A stretch of 64,000 nucleotides of DNA from Euryarchaeota archaeon UBA487 (GCA_002505695.1 DAVU01000020.1:97107-161106), one strand, 5' to 3'; counted from the stretch's first letter, positions 8,941 through 19,016 are shown. The notes: generated from the letters alone by a model not told the origin. Numbers and translations: made by a program.

Positions 8941-9782
8941 TATTCCCACCCCATGCGGGGGCGTTGAAGGACCTTTGTAGTGATAATTCGTTCAAATGAT
9001 CTGGAAAATTCCGATACCAAGTCAACCTGATCTTCCTCATATAGAATAGCAATACTTGGTCCAGATCCGGTGATTGACGAGGCGAGGCCCATTGAATCAA
9101 GTGTTTTCAATAACTTCAGGCCCTCTAGATCTCGAGTGGATTCTGCCACAGCGAGTCCATTTTCTTTGAATGCAGCTATCACGTCGCCAGAAATCAACGA
9201 TTTTTTCGCGATATTAAATTTCGACCTCATTTTTTCAAAATCGGATAACTTAGGAGTCGATCTTCTCCTCCCTCTGTTTATTATCGTACAATACATATTA
9301 TTGATTTCAGTGTGAGCAAACGGCTCTGATGGTAGTTCTGATTCTAATCTGATTATTGCAGAATTCAAGCCCATCGCAGCCCAATTGTCATCATATGAGC
9401 CCGTCATGGAGCAACCACTCCTCATTTGCATTTCAGCTGCAACTTCGACGATCTGTCTTGAATTTAGGTCAATTCCAAATTCGTTAATTACACTCTTGAT
9501 CGCACTTATCGCTACAGCCGAGGATGATTTAAGCCCCATTGATGCAGGTATCTCGCTCTCCATCGATATGGTGATGTCACTATCGATTTCCTGCCCTGTC
9601 AAGGACAGAATTGATGATGAGAGCTGACTTAGGAGGCCACTTTCATCCGCGTGATTTTCTGTTTTATCCCTATTTATTATGGCCTTACAAGACAGATCAA
9701 TAGGAGTGGAACATCCCCATCCACATCCCGCTGCATGGAGTATGCTCACACCACCGTAAGCAACACTGGAGGTTGATGTCAT
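8940..9782 (-). CDS. aroK: Archaeal shikimate kinase (GHMP family)
   Basis: GGVSILHA, PASMGLKSSSA, TGSYDD, SITGSGPS motifs; within the aro cluster. Confidence 0.88.
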   Translation of the reverse strand: MTSTSSVAYGGVSILHAAGCGWGCSTPIDLSCKAIINRDKTENHADESGLLSQLSSSILSLTGQEIDSDITISMESEIPASMGLKSSSAVAISAIKSVINEFGIDLNSRQIVEVAAEMQMRSGCSMTGSYDDNWAAMGLNSAIIRLESELPSEPFAHTEINNMYCTIINRGRRRSTPKLSDFEKMRSKFNIAKKSLISGDVIAAFKENGLAVAESTRDLEGLKLLKTLDSMGLASSITGSGPSIAILYEEDQVDLVSEFSRSFERIITTKVLQRPRMGWE

Positions 9783-10735
9783 CTCTCATTCATCACCCCA
9801 TCCAATCCTCTTCCAATATGTCGCATACCGGTGGACATTCTGGTCAGCACTCTGTCTCCGACCTTTAGGTTGGTGACACTAACAAGCCCTTCATCTCCAA
9901 CTAGGCGAATGGTCTCGGCCTGTTGGAGTGCTGCCTGTCCAGAAACGCTTCCATCGCCGTACTTTACCAGTAAAAAAGGCCTCTTTTCTATCTTGACTCT
10001 TCCGACTGTGGAATGCCTAAGTTTACCTCTGAGATTAATCACCGAGACTTTGTCACCAGAGACCAGCTCACTAAGATATTTCGTAGTTTGATCGGCCATG
10101 AGGCAGTATGAGTGTACAGCCCCTGCATTTACCCTGAATGGACGTGTGGGGACATACTCTGAGGGCACGGTTTCACCATGGACAATCACCATCGCGTTTG
10201 CTGTTGAGCCTACCAAGAGGCCTTCTCCCAGTTCAAGAGTATCAATGAGGTCGACACAAACCCGATCCCCGATTCCAACTGCAGCGATGTCAGTGACCTC
10301 GGAGTACTGCAGAACCGATTGTACTTGATCAGGGGTCCGTTTCTTGGACGCCACTTGGTTTGATAGGGCTAATGAGTAATTCAATAAATCAATTTTTGGC
10401 GGTATGAGCACAGCGTCTACACCGTGTTCCAACGCGAATCCTGCTCCGGTTATGTCATCCGAAGATGAGACTGCTGCTGCGATTCTTGTTCCAGTGCCCC
10501 TAGAGGCAGATATTATGTTCTCCAGGGGGATCATGGTCCAATCAGAGCATCGTAGCAGTATCCAATCAACCAATCCCACTAGAGAGGCAGCTTCTTCCTG
10601 TCCTCTGAAACCATCTATCTCCACTTCCGCGACATCCTTTGACTCACCATGCCATTGCCTCTGCACATTTTCAATCAAAGTAGAATCGATATCGCTGAAA
10701 TTCTCTCCCGCTGTGAAGTCTAGCCATACTTCCAT
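9779..10735 (-). CDS. aroB': 3-dehydroquinate synthase II (archaeal oxidative deaminating type)
   Basis: DWTMIPLEN, GDRVCVD, RPFRVNAGAVHSY, YLSEL, GRVKIEKRP, QQAETIRL motifs. Confidence 0.93.
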   Translation of the reverse strand: MEVWLDFTAGENFSDIDSTLIENVQRQWHGESKDVAEVEIDGFRGQEEAASLVGLVDWILLRCSDWTMIPLENIISASRGTGTRIAAAVSSSDDITGAGFALEHGVDAVLIPPKIDLLNYSLALSNQVASKKRTPDQVQSVLQYSEVTDIAAVGIGDRVCVDLIDTLELGEGLLVGSTANAMVIVHGETVPSEYVPTRPFRVNAGAVHSYCLMADQTTKYLSELVSGDKVSVINLRGKLRHSTVGRVKIEKRPFLLVKYGDGSVSGQAALQQAETIRLVGDEGLVSVTNLKVGDRVLTRMSTGMRHIGRGLDGVMNER

Positions 10736-10741
10736 GGGTTT

Positions 10742-11536
10742 TCACCCCATCATTTGAATGGCTTCGTTCGAGGTTTTTCCCTCATGAATTATAGCCCTCA
10801 ACGCCCTTATTCTGTTAATCCGATCGTGAGATCCGAATATCTGCCTACCCATGCAGACCCCAGCGCCGCCAACAGAAATTGCAGACTCAACGATCTCGAG
10901 GGTTTGAGCGAATGATATGTTTGGCTGGCCTCCAGCAATCAGGACAGGGATCGGGACTGACGAGCACACATCATGAAAAGAATCCGCACTCCCTGTCCAT
11001 GGTACCTTTGCGACATGGCATCCAATCTCCCAAGCTAGTCTCGCAGCATGTGCGACTCCGTTGGTTTTGTCGCCCTCAATTGGGATTAGGCCGGGACCTC
11101 GCGGGTAGATCATACCAAGTACCGGCATGTCATGAGCTAGCGCTGCGGAGGTAAGCAATCCTGCATCCCTTATCATTTCGCCTTCATTATTGGACCCCAA
11201 GTTAATTTGGCAGGATATTGCTACTGCACCTCTTTCCTGTGCCTCTCCAGGATTCCCGACTGGTACCTTGGTGTCTGAATTGATCCCTGCATGAATGGTA
11301 GATGCTGATACGTGCATAATGAAATTTGGCCATGAGAGCCTGTTGATTTGGTGTGACAGGACTCCTTTCTGTAGTACTATCGCATCCACGCCACCCTCGA
11401 TGCAATCATCTATCGCCTCCTCGATGTTTCGAAGGCCTCGAACTGGGAAGGAAGTGAGGCCATGGTCCATGGGTACCCAAACGCCTTTTCCACCGGGAAG
11501 GAGGGATGATAGTGCGTCGCTCGGTGATGTTGTCAT
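10742..11536 (-). CDS. aroA': 2-amino-3,7-dideoxy-D-threo-hept-6-ulosonate synthase (class I aldolase, DhnA family)
   Basis: PMDHG, MIYPRG, HAARLAWEIG..AK, PVLIAGG, GRQIF; directly upstream of DHQ synthase II. Confidence 0.85.
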   Translation of the reverse strand: MTTSPSDALSSLLPGGKGVWVPMDHGLTSFPVRGLRNIEEAIDDCIEGGVDAIVLQKGVLSHQINRLSWPNFIMHVSASTIHAGINSDTKVPVGNPGEAQERGAVAISCQINLGSNNEGEMIRDAGLLTSAALAHDMPVLGMIYPRGPGLIPIEGDKTNGVAHAARLAWEIGCHVAKVPWTGSADSFHDVCSSVPIPVLIAGGQPNISFAQTLEIVESAISVGGAGVCMGRQIFGSHDRINRIRALRAIIHEGKTSNEAIQMMG

Positions 11537-11566
11537 GGTTCATTCTGGATGGTTATTGCGTTTGAA

Positions 11567-12358
11567 TTAGTGCCCATGATCAGAGAATTCAGCTATCACC
11601 GGGGCATGATCCGATATTCTAAGACCTCCTTCTCTGATTACCTCGGCTCGAACAAACCGATCTGCTGCTGCTGGATTTGCCAATATGTAATCAATTCTCC
11701 AACCCCTGTCCAATTCTCGGGCCCTCCCTCGGTTCGACCACCATGAATATGGACCTTTGATACCGCCATATTGTACTCTAACAAGATCCTTCCAACCGGA
11801 TTGCAATAATCTGTCGAACCACTCTCGCTCATGGTCCAGAAACCCAGATGTTCTTCGATTACCCGACGGATTCCAAATATCATTCTCCGTGTGGGCTATA
11901 TTGAGATCTCCACACAACAATGAGGGCTTCGAATCTGCTAGGAAGCCCTGACTCCATACCAGCATATCCTCTAACCAGATATCCTTGTAGCGTTGCCTCT
12001 CTGGGCTAGAAGATCCATTAGGGAGATACATGTTTATGCAGGTAAATTCACCATGTCTTGTTACCAAGACTCTTCCTTCTGGGTCCAGAGTGTCATCCAA
12101 ATTGGTTTCTATCCCTCTCCTGACTTCAATAATCTCATCTTTAGAGCAGGTCATTACTCCTGAGTACCCCTTTTTTTCTGCCGGGTGCCAAATGACATTG
12201 TAATCTGGAGGTTGGGTCCAATCCACCGGCATCTGTTCAGGCAAAGCCCTAACTTCCTGGAACAAAAGAACATCTGCATCCATCTTTTTTATGAATTGGT
12301 CTAGCCCCTTCTTGTAAGCGGCCCTAATTCCATTCAAATTCCAAGTAGCTAACCTCAT
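11567..12358 (-). CDS. xth: Exodeoxyribonuclease III (AP endonuclease)
   Basis: MRLATWNLNGIRA, QE, GYSGV, EGR, YLPNG, GDLNIAH, GWRIDY, SDHAP. The true start is ATG 12358, not 12520. Confidence 0.95.
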   Translation of the reverse strand: MRLATWNLNGIRAAYKKGLDQFIKKMDADVLLFQEVRALPEQMPVDWTQPPDYNVIWHPAEKKGYSGVMTCSKDEIIEVRRGIETNLDDTLDPEGRVLVTRHGEFTCINMYLPNGSSSPERQRYKDIWLEDMLVWSQGFLADSKPSLLCGDLNIAHTENDIWNPSGNRRTSGFLDHEREWFDRLLQSGWKDLVRVQYGGIKGPYSWWSNRGRARELDRGWRIDYILANPAAADRFVRAEVIREGGLRISDHAPVIAEFSDHGH

Positions 12359-12366
12359 TTTTCCAC

Positions 12367-14808
12367 CTATTGTGTAAGGTTTTTCACCTTCTCGACCAAA
12401 TCCATTCGACGCAAGCGCCAGATACCAATAGGAGTCATGGCCACTGCAATCAAAATCACACCCAACATCAGTTGATACGCTACACTGGGAACTATCAAAA
12501 TAGTGACGTGAAACTGCCAAGTAGAGAAAGAGGCTGCCAGCCCGACCGCACCGCCATATGCGAAAAGGACGCCGATTAATCCGCCAATGATTCCGATTAG
12601 AAGACTTTCAAAGAGGAGCATGATTCCAAGACTTAGGGTTGATGCTCCCAATACTCGTAGTGTTGCAAGTTCAAAATCCCGTTCTGCGACATTCATGATC
12701 ATTGTATTGAACATCACCGCGATAGTAAACATGAGCCCAAGATACATCATAGCAAGGAAAATTTGAGTCTGTTGGTCGATCAGACTGTTCATACCTTCAA
12801 TGAGGGTCTTGCGCTCAACTACTCCAATGGATACTTCTGCGAGCGATGAATCGACATCGACACCGTCGGGAAGTGTGAGGTAAATTGATGTGGCGTTGAC
12901 TCCCAATATCTCTCCCAGTTCAGCCCTCATGAAATACATCGTTCGCGCTAATTCACCCCGAGTCACTCCAACAATTGTGACTTCATATTCGGCTCCATTC
13001 AACAAGACTGTGTGTGTTTGTCCAACATTCCATCCCAAGAATGTCGCTGCGCCCTCGTCAAGCAAGACCTCATGGGGACTAGTGCTGAGCTCAGGTGGCT
13101 GGCCCTGTATGATGTTGACATTTCTCAACCCATCTGTGAAAGAGTCGAGTCCCACCACGGTGAAAATGCGGTCCAAGCCCTCAGAATCCTCTACTACTCC
13201 CAAAGGCATCTCGATTAATGGTTCATAGGAGGCGCCCCGTTGATTTGCCCATTCGATGACCTTGTCTTCTCCCTCTTGGTTGATGTAGACTTGGGCATCC
13301 CAGGATTGTCGATCTTCGAGTCCGCCCACGATGGTGTCTTCAAGCCCAGCCGACATCATTTGGACCGAGCCGAAAAGCATCAGAGAGATCCCAACAGCGA
13401 GGAAGGTCATCATCAAACGAACAGGTTTGCGAATGCTTGACCTGATAGATAGTCCGAGAGTGGTTGGCAACCAAGAAGTTAGGCGACGAAGGGTATTCGA
13501 TCCCACTCGAATTTGATTTTGACCGCTAAGCACCTCCAGAGGATCGAGTTTACTAGCCTTTAGGGCAGGGAATGCCCCTGAAAGGAAAACTACGGCAATG
13601 GTTGGAATCATGATGTTTGAATAAATTGGCCATGGAACTTCTCTGTCCGTGATGGGGAGGCCTACAATGCCTTCGTAGAAATCGAGCATGTAGTCAACCC
13701 CCCATGGGCCTATAACTGCTCCAATCCCACAGCCTGTGGCACCGATCGCAAGTGGGGCGATTAAATATCCAGTCATCAATGACTTCCTATTCACCCCGAG
13801 TGTTCGCAATGCTGCTATCTCTTTGGCTTGACTTTGTACCAAGCGTTGGAGGCTGAGGACAATCGTGATTGAGGCGATAGCAGCAATCATAATTGCAAAG
13901 GGTACGCTAGTGCGCTTAGCACCCTCAAGGTCTTGCCGCATGATTTCAACTGGCTCATTCTGACCTCTATCCCTGATTCGACCATTCAACTCGGTGTTTT
14001 CTAGAGCTCCAGAAACAAGATTCCTCACCAGATCAATTTCATCTCCTTCATATTCTTCTGTGTCAGGAAGATCGAATGAGGGATTGCCTTCCACATCCAA
14101 CAGGATAGTATTGCTGTTGCCGATGGAGCTGTTCGTTAGACGGGCCATGCCACTCTCCGAGACATACCCGACTACATACTGACCTGGCTCTGGAGGGAAA
14201 ATCGAGCCCTCTGGAGCCATGAAAACGTGAAGTGGGTGATATCCAATCCCAACGATCGAGAACTCGACTGGCGAACTTCCTGCACTGATGTTAACGGTAT
14301 CCCCCAATGATAAATCGAGTGCTTCGACGACATGGGCATCAATGACAATCTCATCGGCGGCAGAAGCTACCCTGCCTTCACTATGCCCTGACGGCATCCA
14401 AACCCTGTCAGCGTTGGCAAACTCAGGAATTCCATGCCAGAGGGAATTGATTATTTCTGTGCCCCCGTTGGTTGAGTGAAACATTGTGCCTTGCACGATT
14501 GTTCGACCCTCGCATGAGTCCAGTTCGGCCATATCTGCAGGCCATGATGCTTCCAATGTTCCACAGAAGTTCATGACTTCCGCATGGGACCAGGTTGTAC
14601 TTCGATTGTCTATCCACATGTCGGCGAGATTAGCGCCCTCGTCATCGTCAGCATGCAGGGTTTCATACATGCCGTCCAGGTTGTGCGAATACCCGCTGAA
14701 TGTGATTCCTGCGAATACCCCTACCGATACCATCATCACAACCGCGAAGAGTCGGGTTTTTGTCCGCCATAGACTACGTGCCAAGCGTTTATTCAGCAAG
14801 GTTGACAT
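12367..14808 (-). CDS. ABC transporter permease, FtsX/MacB/LolE-like (duplicated)
   Basis: Two FtsX-type motifs (QAKEIAALRTLG; ERDFELATLRVLG) with large extracytoplasmic domains. Confidence 0.9.
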   Translation of the reverse strand: MSTLLNKRLARSLWRTKTRLFAVVMMVSVGVFAGITFSGYSHNLDGMYETLHADDDEGANLADMWIDNRSTTWSHAEVMNFCGTLEASWPADMAELDSCEGRTIVQGTMFHSTNGGTEIINSLWHGIPEFANADRVWMPSGHSEGRVASAADEIVIDAHVVEALDLSLGDTVNISAGSSPVEFSIVGIGYHPLHVFMAPEGSIFPPEPGQYVVGYVSESGMARLTNSSIGNSNTILLDVEGNPSFDLPDTEEYEGDEIDLVRNLVSGALENTELNGRIRDRGQNEPVEIMRQDLEGAKRTSVPFAIMIAAIASITIVLSLQRLVQSQAKEIAALRTLGVNRKSLMTGYLIAPLAIGATGCGIGAVIGPWGVDYMLDFYEGIVGLPITDREVPWPIYSNIMIPTIAVVFLSGAFPALKASKLDPLEVLSGQNQIRVGSNTLRRLTSWLPTTLGLSIRSSIRKPVRLMMTFLAVGISLMLFGSVQMMSAGLEDTIVGGLEDRQSWDAQVYINQEGEDKVIEWANQRGASYEPLIEMPLGVVEDSEGLDRIFTVVGLDSFTDGLRNVNIIQGQPPELSTSPHEVLLDEGAATFLGWNVGQTHTVLLNGAEYEVTIVGVTRGELARTMYFMRAELGEILGVNATSIYLTLPDGVDVDSSLAEVSIGVVERKTLIEGMNSLIDQQTQIFLAMMYLGLMFTIAVMFNTMIMNVAERDFELATLRVLGASTLSLGIMLLFESLLIGIIGGLIGVLFAYGGAVGLAASFSTWQFHVTILIVPSVAYQLMLGVILIAVAMTPIGIWRLRRMDLVEKVKNLTQ

Positions 14809-14817
14809 TATCTCGCC

Positions 14818-15516
14818 TCAGTCTTCGTTAACATTGGTGACCATTTCGTCTGAGACGATTTTGCCGCTATCAATTCGAATCACTCGAGTAGCATATCTAA
14901 TCAAGCCCTCATCGTGAGTGACAAATACGGAGGTTATGTCCTCCTGTCTGCAAGCATTCACAAGTGCCTCCATGACCTTCTTTGAGGTTTCTGTGTCGAG
15001 ATTTCCAGTTAATTCATCCCCCAACAACAACTTGGGTCTTTTGGCAATACTACGGGCAATAGCAACGCGTTGTTGTTGGCCTCCGCTGATTTCTCCAGGG
15101 AATCGGTTGACTTCAGAGTGTAGCCCCACCAGCCCAAGAAGCTCCTTGGCGCGGGCGGGGTTCTTGGTCCCAGCAAGTTCTTGGATCAAGAGTATGTTCT
15201 CGAGAACAGTAAGGTCCTGGAGCAAGTTGAAAAACTGGAAAACATAACCTATATTCTCCCTTCGGAAGGACGTCATTTTTTCCGAATGATGGCGTGGTAC
15301 CTCGCTACCAAGAAATTTGTATGACCCCCCGGTTGGGCTATCTAGGCCAGATAAACAGTTCAAAAGTGTAGTCTTGCCTGATCCTGATGGACCTAGGAGA
15401 ATAACCCTATCACCCTCTTCCACGATGAAACTAACGCCATCAAGCGCCTTTACAACTCCTGCTGGAGTTTCATAGTGTCGCTGAATATTTTCCATTTTTA
15501 GTAAGGGCATGGGCAT
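14818..15516 (-). CDS. ABC transporter ATP-binding protein, LolD/MacB-like
   Basis: GPSGSGKTT, GYVFQFFNL, ISGGQQQRVAIAR, DELTGNLD, VTHD. Confidence 0.93.
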   Translation of the reverse strand: MPMPLLKMENIQRHYETPAGVVKALDGVSFIVEEGDRVILLGPSGSGKTTLLNCLSGLDSPTGGSYKFLGSEVPRHHSEKMTSFRRENIGYVFQFFNLLQDLTVLENILLIQELAGTKNPARAKELLGLVGLHSEVNRFPGEISGGQQQRVAIARSIAKRPKLLLGDELTGNLDTETSKKVMEALVNACRQEDITSVFVTHDEGLIRYATRVIRIDSGKIVSDEMVTNVNED

Positions 15517-15568
15517 CACGAGTTATTGAAAAATACCAAATTTCAATCTTGTTTAAATGGTGCGTATT

Positions 15569-17638
15569 CTAATCCAGTGAAACTCTATTGAAAAATGACA
15601 TTGATTCTCTGAAGAGTTCCTCTCTCCTCAGCCTTTTATTTCTCCTAAGATGGAAGAATGTGAATAGGAAAACTAGCCCTATTAGGAAGGGTATGAGAAC
15701 CTCAGCCTGATATCTCTCCATGAACTCAATTATCCCTCGGGCAGTATACGCCCAAGTAATTGATGCTGCTGTGCCTCCGATCGTAGTTGCCAATAGGACT
15801 CTCTCAAACCTCATCCTTGCGACCAACCCCAGCATAGCCCCAACGAGTACGCCACTTGCCATGAATGGTATCCAAACGAAAAATATCAAGCCCCAGAATC
15901 CATATTTATCAATTCTATTTCTATTCCTCTGAGCGACATACTCCACACTGGAGAGGATGTCTCCTCCTACAGTTTGCAGGAGTGTCCCCGTAATTCCGGG
16001 TTGTTTTGCAACGAGTGCCTCCCCTGCAAAGTTTGAGCCTCCTTGCTCCACCCTACCAGCCACTGCTTGATCGGCCAAGGTACGTCTTAAATTTCTGGCG
16101 CTAACAATCACTTTTCTGCCTTCCAATAGGCTCGAAAGCCCCTTCTTTAGTCTGTCAGAAAGACTATTTTCTATCTCAATAAAGTTTCGTGGGAATAAAA
16201 AATAACTAAATCTTACTCGTGGACGGTATATCATTCTCACATAGACCGCCTTGTCGTCTGCAGAAACGAGGGTTCCTTCGTCTGCGAGGTCATATTCATC
16301 CAGTAATTCTTGGATAACTGGCCTCGCGGAATCTTCTATGGTCCCAACGATAGATATGGATTCGAAAAAGGGCCTGTAATCATCAACAACGATTGTTGGG
16401 TCAAATCCCTCCATGGTCAGGTCTTCGCCCAAGAGAATTTGCTCCTCTGTTTTTTTTGCATTTATTGATTGTACCCTGAGTTGAAGTGGTCTCATTTCCC
16501 CAAAAATTGCAAATTCCGAAAGCAGGTCCCGCATCAGAATCGATCTTACGTCTGTTTGGGTCATGATACTATGGGATTTTGGGACGTAGGGAACGAAAAC
16601 GTCGATAGAGATTGACCTTTCTTGCATCCTGAGGAGCTCAAAATCGATTTCTATCGTGGCCTCATCTTCAGATTCTTCGAGGATCCTGGAGATAAGCCTC
16701 TTGACTTGTTTTTTATTGAGTGCTTCCTCGCCCTCTCTGTGATACATTTTGTGCATCAGTGGATATTGGATGTACAGAAATACGATTGACATTCCGAGAG
16801 AAACGAACGCCATCCACCATGCAGGAACACCTCCGCTTCCACCAGTCAGCATGGCAGTCTCTCTTCCACCAGCCCATTCAGCTGCCATCAGGAGCCAACC
16901 CCATTCACCAAGATCTTTGAACGTAAGACATGCCCTTGGCCCGGTTTCCTTCAGATCAATGTCAATGACCTCTCCCTTGGAGAAAAGCCATCCCTTGACG
17001 CGATTTTCCACTTCTATCGGAAAGGCTTGAGAGTATATTTCAGTTGATTCCAGAGTTATGTTCTCATCATCAGCACCTGGATTGTTGCTTATGTTTAGTA
17101 TTGAGACGACGACTATCTGATCTCCTATCAACAAATTCTCTCCATCTATGGCAATAGACAGATCTCCGACCCCACGTATGACCTTCTCTACAACAACCCC
17201 TTCCAGATTAGTATGCGACACGATCATGCCCGTTTCGATCTCAGGAACGTTGTAAGACCTAATCCTGAGATCGTGATGATCTTCGAATACTGACAGCCAA
17301 ATCTGTCCTTGTTTGTCTATGCACTCGCCACCATTATCCAGCGGTGTCTTTGACAAAGTTTGATCGATTACGACTGAATCCCCAGCAATTATACCAGTAC
17401 TTGCGGTGGCTATCAGCAAGAGGAAAAATCCTCCAAAAGCAACTCCGAAGAGGAGTACGTAGTCCTCGACGGCCCACCTGAAAAAGCGCGTGTCACCAAG
17501 TCTTCTCTCTCTGATGGAGTCTAACTCTCTGTCTAACCTTACACGCTCTGCTTCGGAGAATATGTGAGTCACATCTGCGACGTCTACCCTTCCATCCTTG
17601 TTGAGATCCAATGAATGGGCCTCGCCACGTGATGGCAT
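15569..17638 (-). CDS. Large membrane protein with a split small-multidrug-export (PF06695/COG2426, DedA superfamily) domain
   Basis: C-terminal KYGFWGLIFFVWIPFMASGVLVGAMLG matches the family's second half and GGRETAMLTG the first half. N-terminal DLNKDGRVDVAD EF-hand-like loop. Start ATG 17638, because the upstream part of the ORF overlaps the tRNA. Confidence 0.7.
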   Translation of the reverse strand: MPSRGEAHSLDLNKDGRVDVADVTHIFSEAERVRLDRELDSIRERRLGDTRFFRWAVEDYVLLFGVAFGGFFLLLIATASTGIIAGDSVVIDQTLSKTPLDNGGECIDKQGQIWLSVFEDHHDLRIRSYNVPEIETGMIVSHTNLEGVVVEKVIRGVGDLSIAIDGENLLIGDQIVVVSILNISNNPGADDENITLESTEIYSQAFPIEVENRVKGWLFSKGEVIDIDLKETGPRACLTFKDLGEWGWLLMAAEWAGGRETAMLTGGSGGVPAWWMAFVSLGMSIVFLYIQYPLMHKMYHREGEEALNKKQVKRLISRILEESEDEATIEIDFELLRMQERSISIDVFVPYVPKSHSIMTQTDVRSILMRDLLSEFAIFGEMRPLQLRVQSINAKKTEEQILLGEDLTMEGFDPTIVVDDYRPFFESISIVGTIEDSARPVIQELLDEYDLADEGTLVSADDKAVYVRMIYRPRVRFSYFLFPRNFIEIENSLSDRLKKGLSSLLEGRKVIVSARNLRRTLADQAVAGRVEQGGSNFAGEALVAKQPGITGTLLQTVGGDILSSVEYVAQRNRNRIDKYGFWGLIFFVWIPFMASGVLVGAMLGLVARMRFERVLLATTIGGTAASITWAYTARGIIEFMERYQAEVLIPFLIGLVFLFTFFHLRRNKRLRREELFRESMSFFNRVSLD

Positions 17639-17705
17639 GGATATCGATTCGGGAGGTACTTGATCAAGCCGTTGGCTTATTTTCAAGAAATAGCACGTAA
17701 GTATG

Positions 17706-17790
17706 TGGTGCAGGGGACAGGATTCGAACCTGCGAAGCACTACGCACTGGGACCTAAACCCAGCCCCTTTGACCGCTCGGGAACCCCTGC
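17706..17790 (-). tRNA. tRNA-Leu (anticodon TAG), CCA encoded
   Basis: Reverse complement GCAGGGGTTCCCGAGCGGTCAAAGGGGCTGGGTTTAGGTCCCAGTGCGTAGTGCTTCGCAGGTTCGAATCCTGTCCCCTGCACCA: acceptor stem, CTGGG/CCCAG anticodon stem, long variable arm, GTTCGAA T-loop. Confidence 0.96.
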
Positions 17791-18011
17791 TTGGATTTCA
17801 CGGGGCCATCGTCCATATTTTACAATGCCGTGAGCGGGTTATCTTGTCATTCATCTAACAACATCCAAATGAGTGTTCGAATTTATGCTCAATTATTTGG
17901 GGTTCAATTCGATTTGGTCTGCGAACCTATGGCTGATTACCACATTGGCATCTTGAAATCCCCCATCAAGGTCATAACGGATTTGTGCTGCGGACGGTCA
18001 TTGGTGGCTCC

Positions 18012-19016
18012 ATGGCGCGCATTGGGATATTTGGTATGGGAAACTGGGGCACTGCCTTGGCGAAGATTTGGAGCGAAGATGGTCACACAGTCATTGGTTG
18101 GACAATAGAAAATGACGTTTACGAATCACTCATGATGGAATCCATCAATCACAAATACCTACCAGGCGTGGAAATGCCAAATTTACAGGCTACCATGGCA
18201 CATGGGGACATATTGGATAGTTCTGAGATCCTCGTCTTCGCACTCCCTAGCGGAGTGATATTGGAAGTAATTGACTTGGTATTGCCAGATTTGAGGCCTT
18301 CTCATGTCATACTGGACCTCGCGAAGGGTCTAGCACCTGAAGAGGCGAGTGAGGATGGCATGATATCCAATGCCATTGAGCAGAAATTGAAATCAAAGGG
18401 CAAATCAAACCCAGTTCTTGTCTTGACGGGTCCAACAATTGCTCCTGAGGTGGCAAGAGGAGTAGTCACCAGCGCATTAGTCGCATGTGATGATGACTCG
18501 GTGGCGAGGAAAATAGCTCAGAGGTTATCCACGAAGACCCTTATCTTGACCTCTGCAGACGATCCCGTCGGAGCAGAATTATGGGGTGCCTACAAGAACA
18601 CTGTGGCACTAGCATGCGGTATAGTTGATGGTTTAAGAGACTCAATTGGGGGTGACAACCTGAAGGCGGCCTTAGTTCAGGCGGGTTTCAATGAGGGGAG
18701 ATTCTTGTTATCTAAGATGGGTGCTAGTCCCGATACGGCTTTTGGGCCTGCAGGGATAGGAGATCTGTATGTCACATCAACGAGTCCTCGCAGTAGAAAC
18801 AGGACTCTGGGAGAGAAATTGGGGCAAGGAAAGAGTCTAGGCAAGGCTTTGGACGAGATGACCATGGTTGCCGAGGGCGTCCGCGCCGCGAGGATGTTTG
18901 CCGATACTGCTGATAGAAATGGATGGAATGCCCCATTCCTGAGTTCCCTATGCGACCTATTGGACGGGGAGATATCTCCAGAGGAATCTGTCAGAAAAAT
19001 GGTCGAGTCATTGTAG
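18012..19016 (+). CDS. gpsA: NAD(P)H-dependent glycerol-3-phosphate dehydrogenase
   Basis: GMGNWGTALA, LAKG, GPTIAPEV, GAYKNTVALACG, GIGDLYVTSTSPRSRNRTLG, VAEG. Confidence 0.93.
   Translation: MARIGIFGMGNWGTALAKIWSEDGHTVIGWTIENDVYESLMMESINHKYLPGVEMPNLQATMAHGDILDSSEILVFALPSGVILEVIDLVLPDLRPSHVILDLAKGLAPEEASEDGMISNAIEQKLKSKGKSNPVLVLTGPTIAPEVARGVVTSALVACDDDSVARKIAQRLSTKTLILTSADDPVGAELWGAYKNTVALACGIVDGLRDSIGGDNLKAALVQAGFNEGRFLLSKMGASPDTAFGPAGIGDLYVTSTSPRSRNRTLGEKLGQGKSLGKALDEMTMVAEGVRAARMFADTADRNGWNAPFLSSLCDLLDGEISPEESVRKMVESL

Noticed and set aside
12359-12520. N-terminal 54 aa of the 317-aa xth ORF
   Set aside because: Overlaps the ABC permease 3' end; the family N-terminus MRLATWN starts at 12358.
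17639-17740. N-terminal extension of the 723-aa ORF
   Set aside because: Runs through tRNA-Leu; ATG 17638 is the plausible start.
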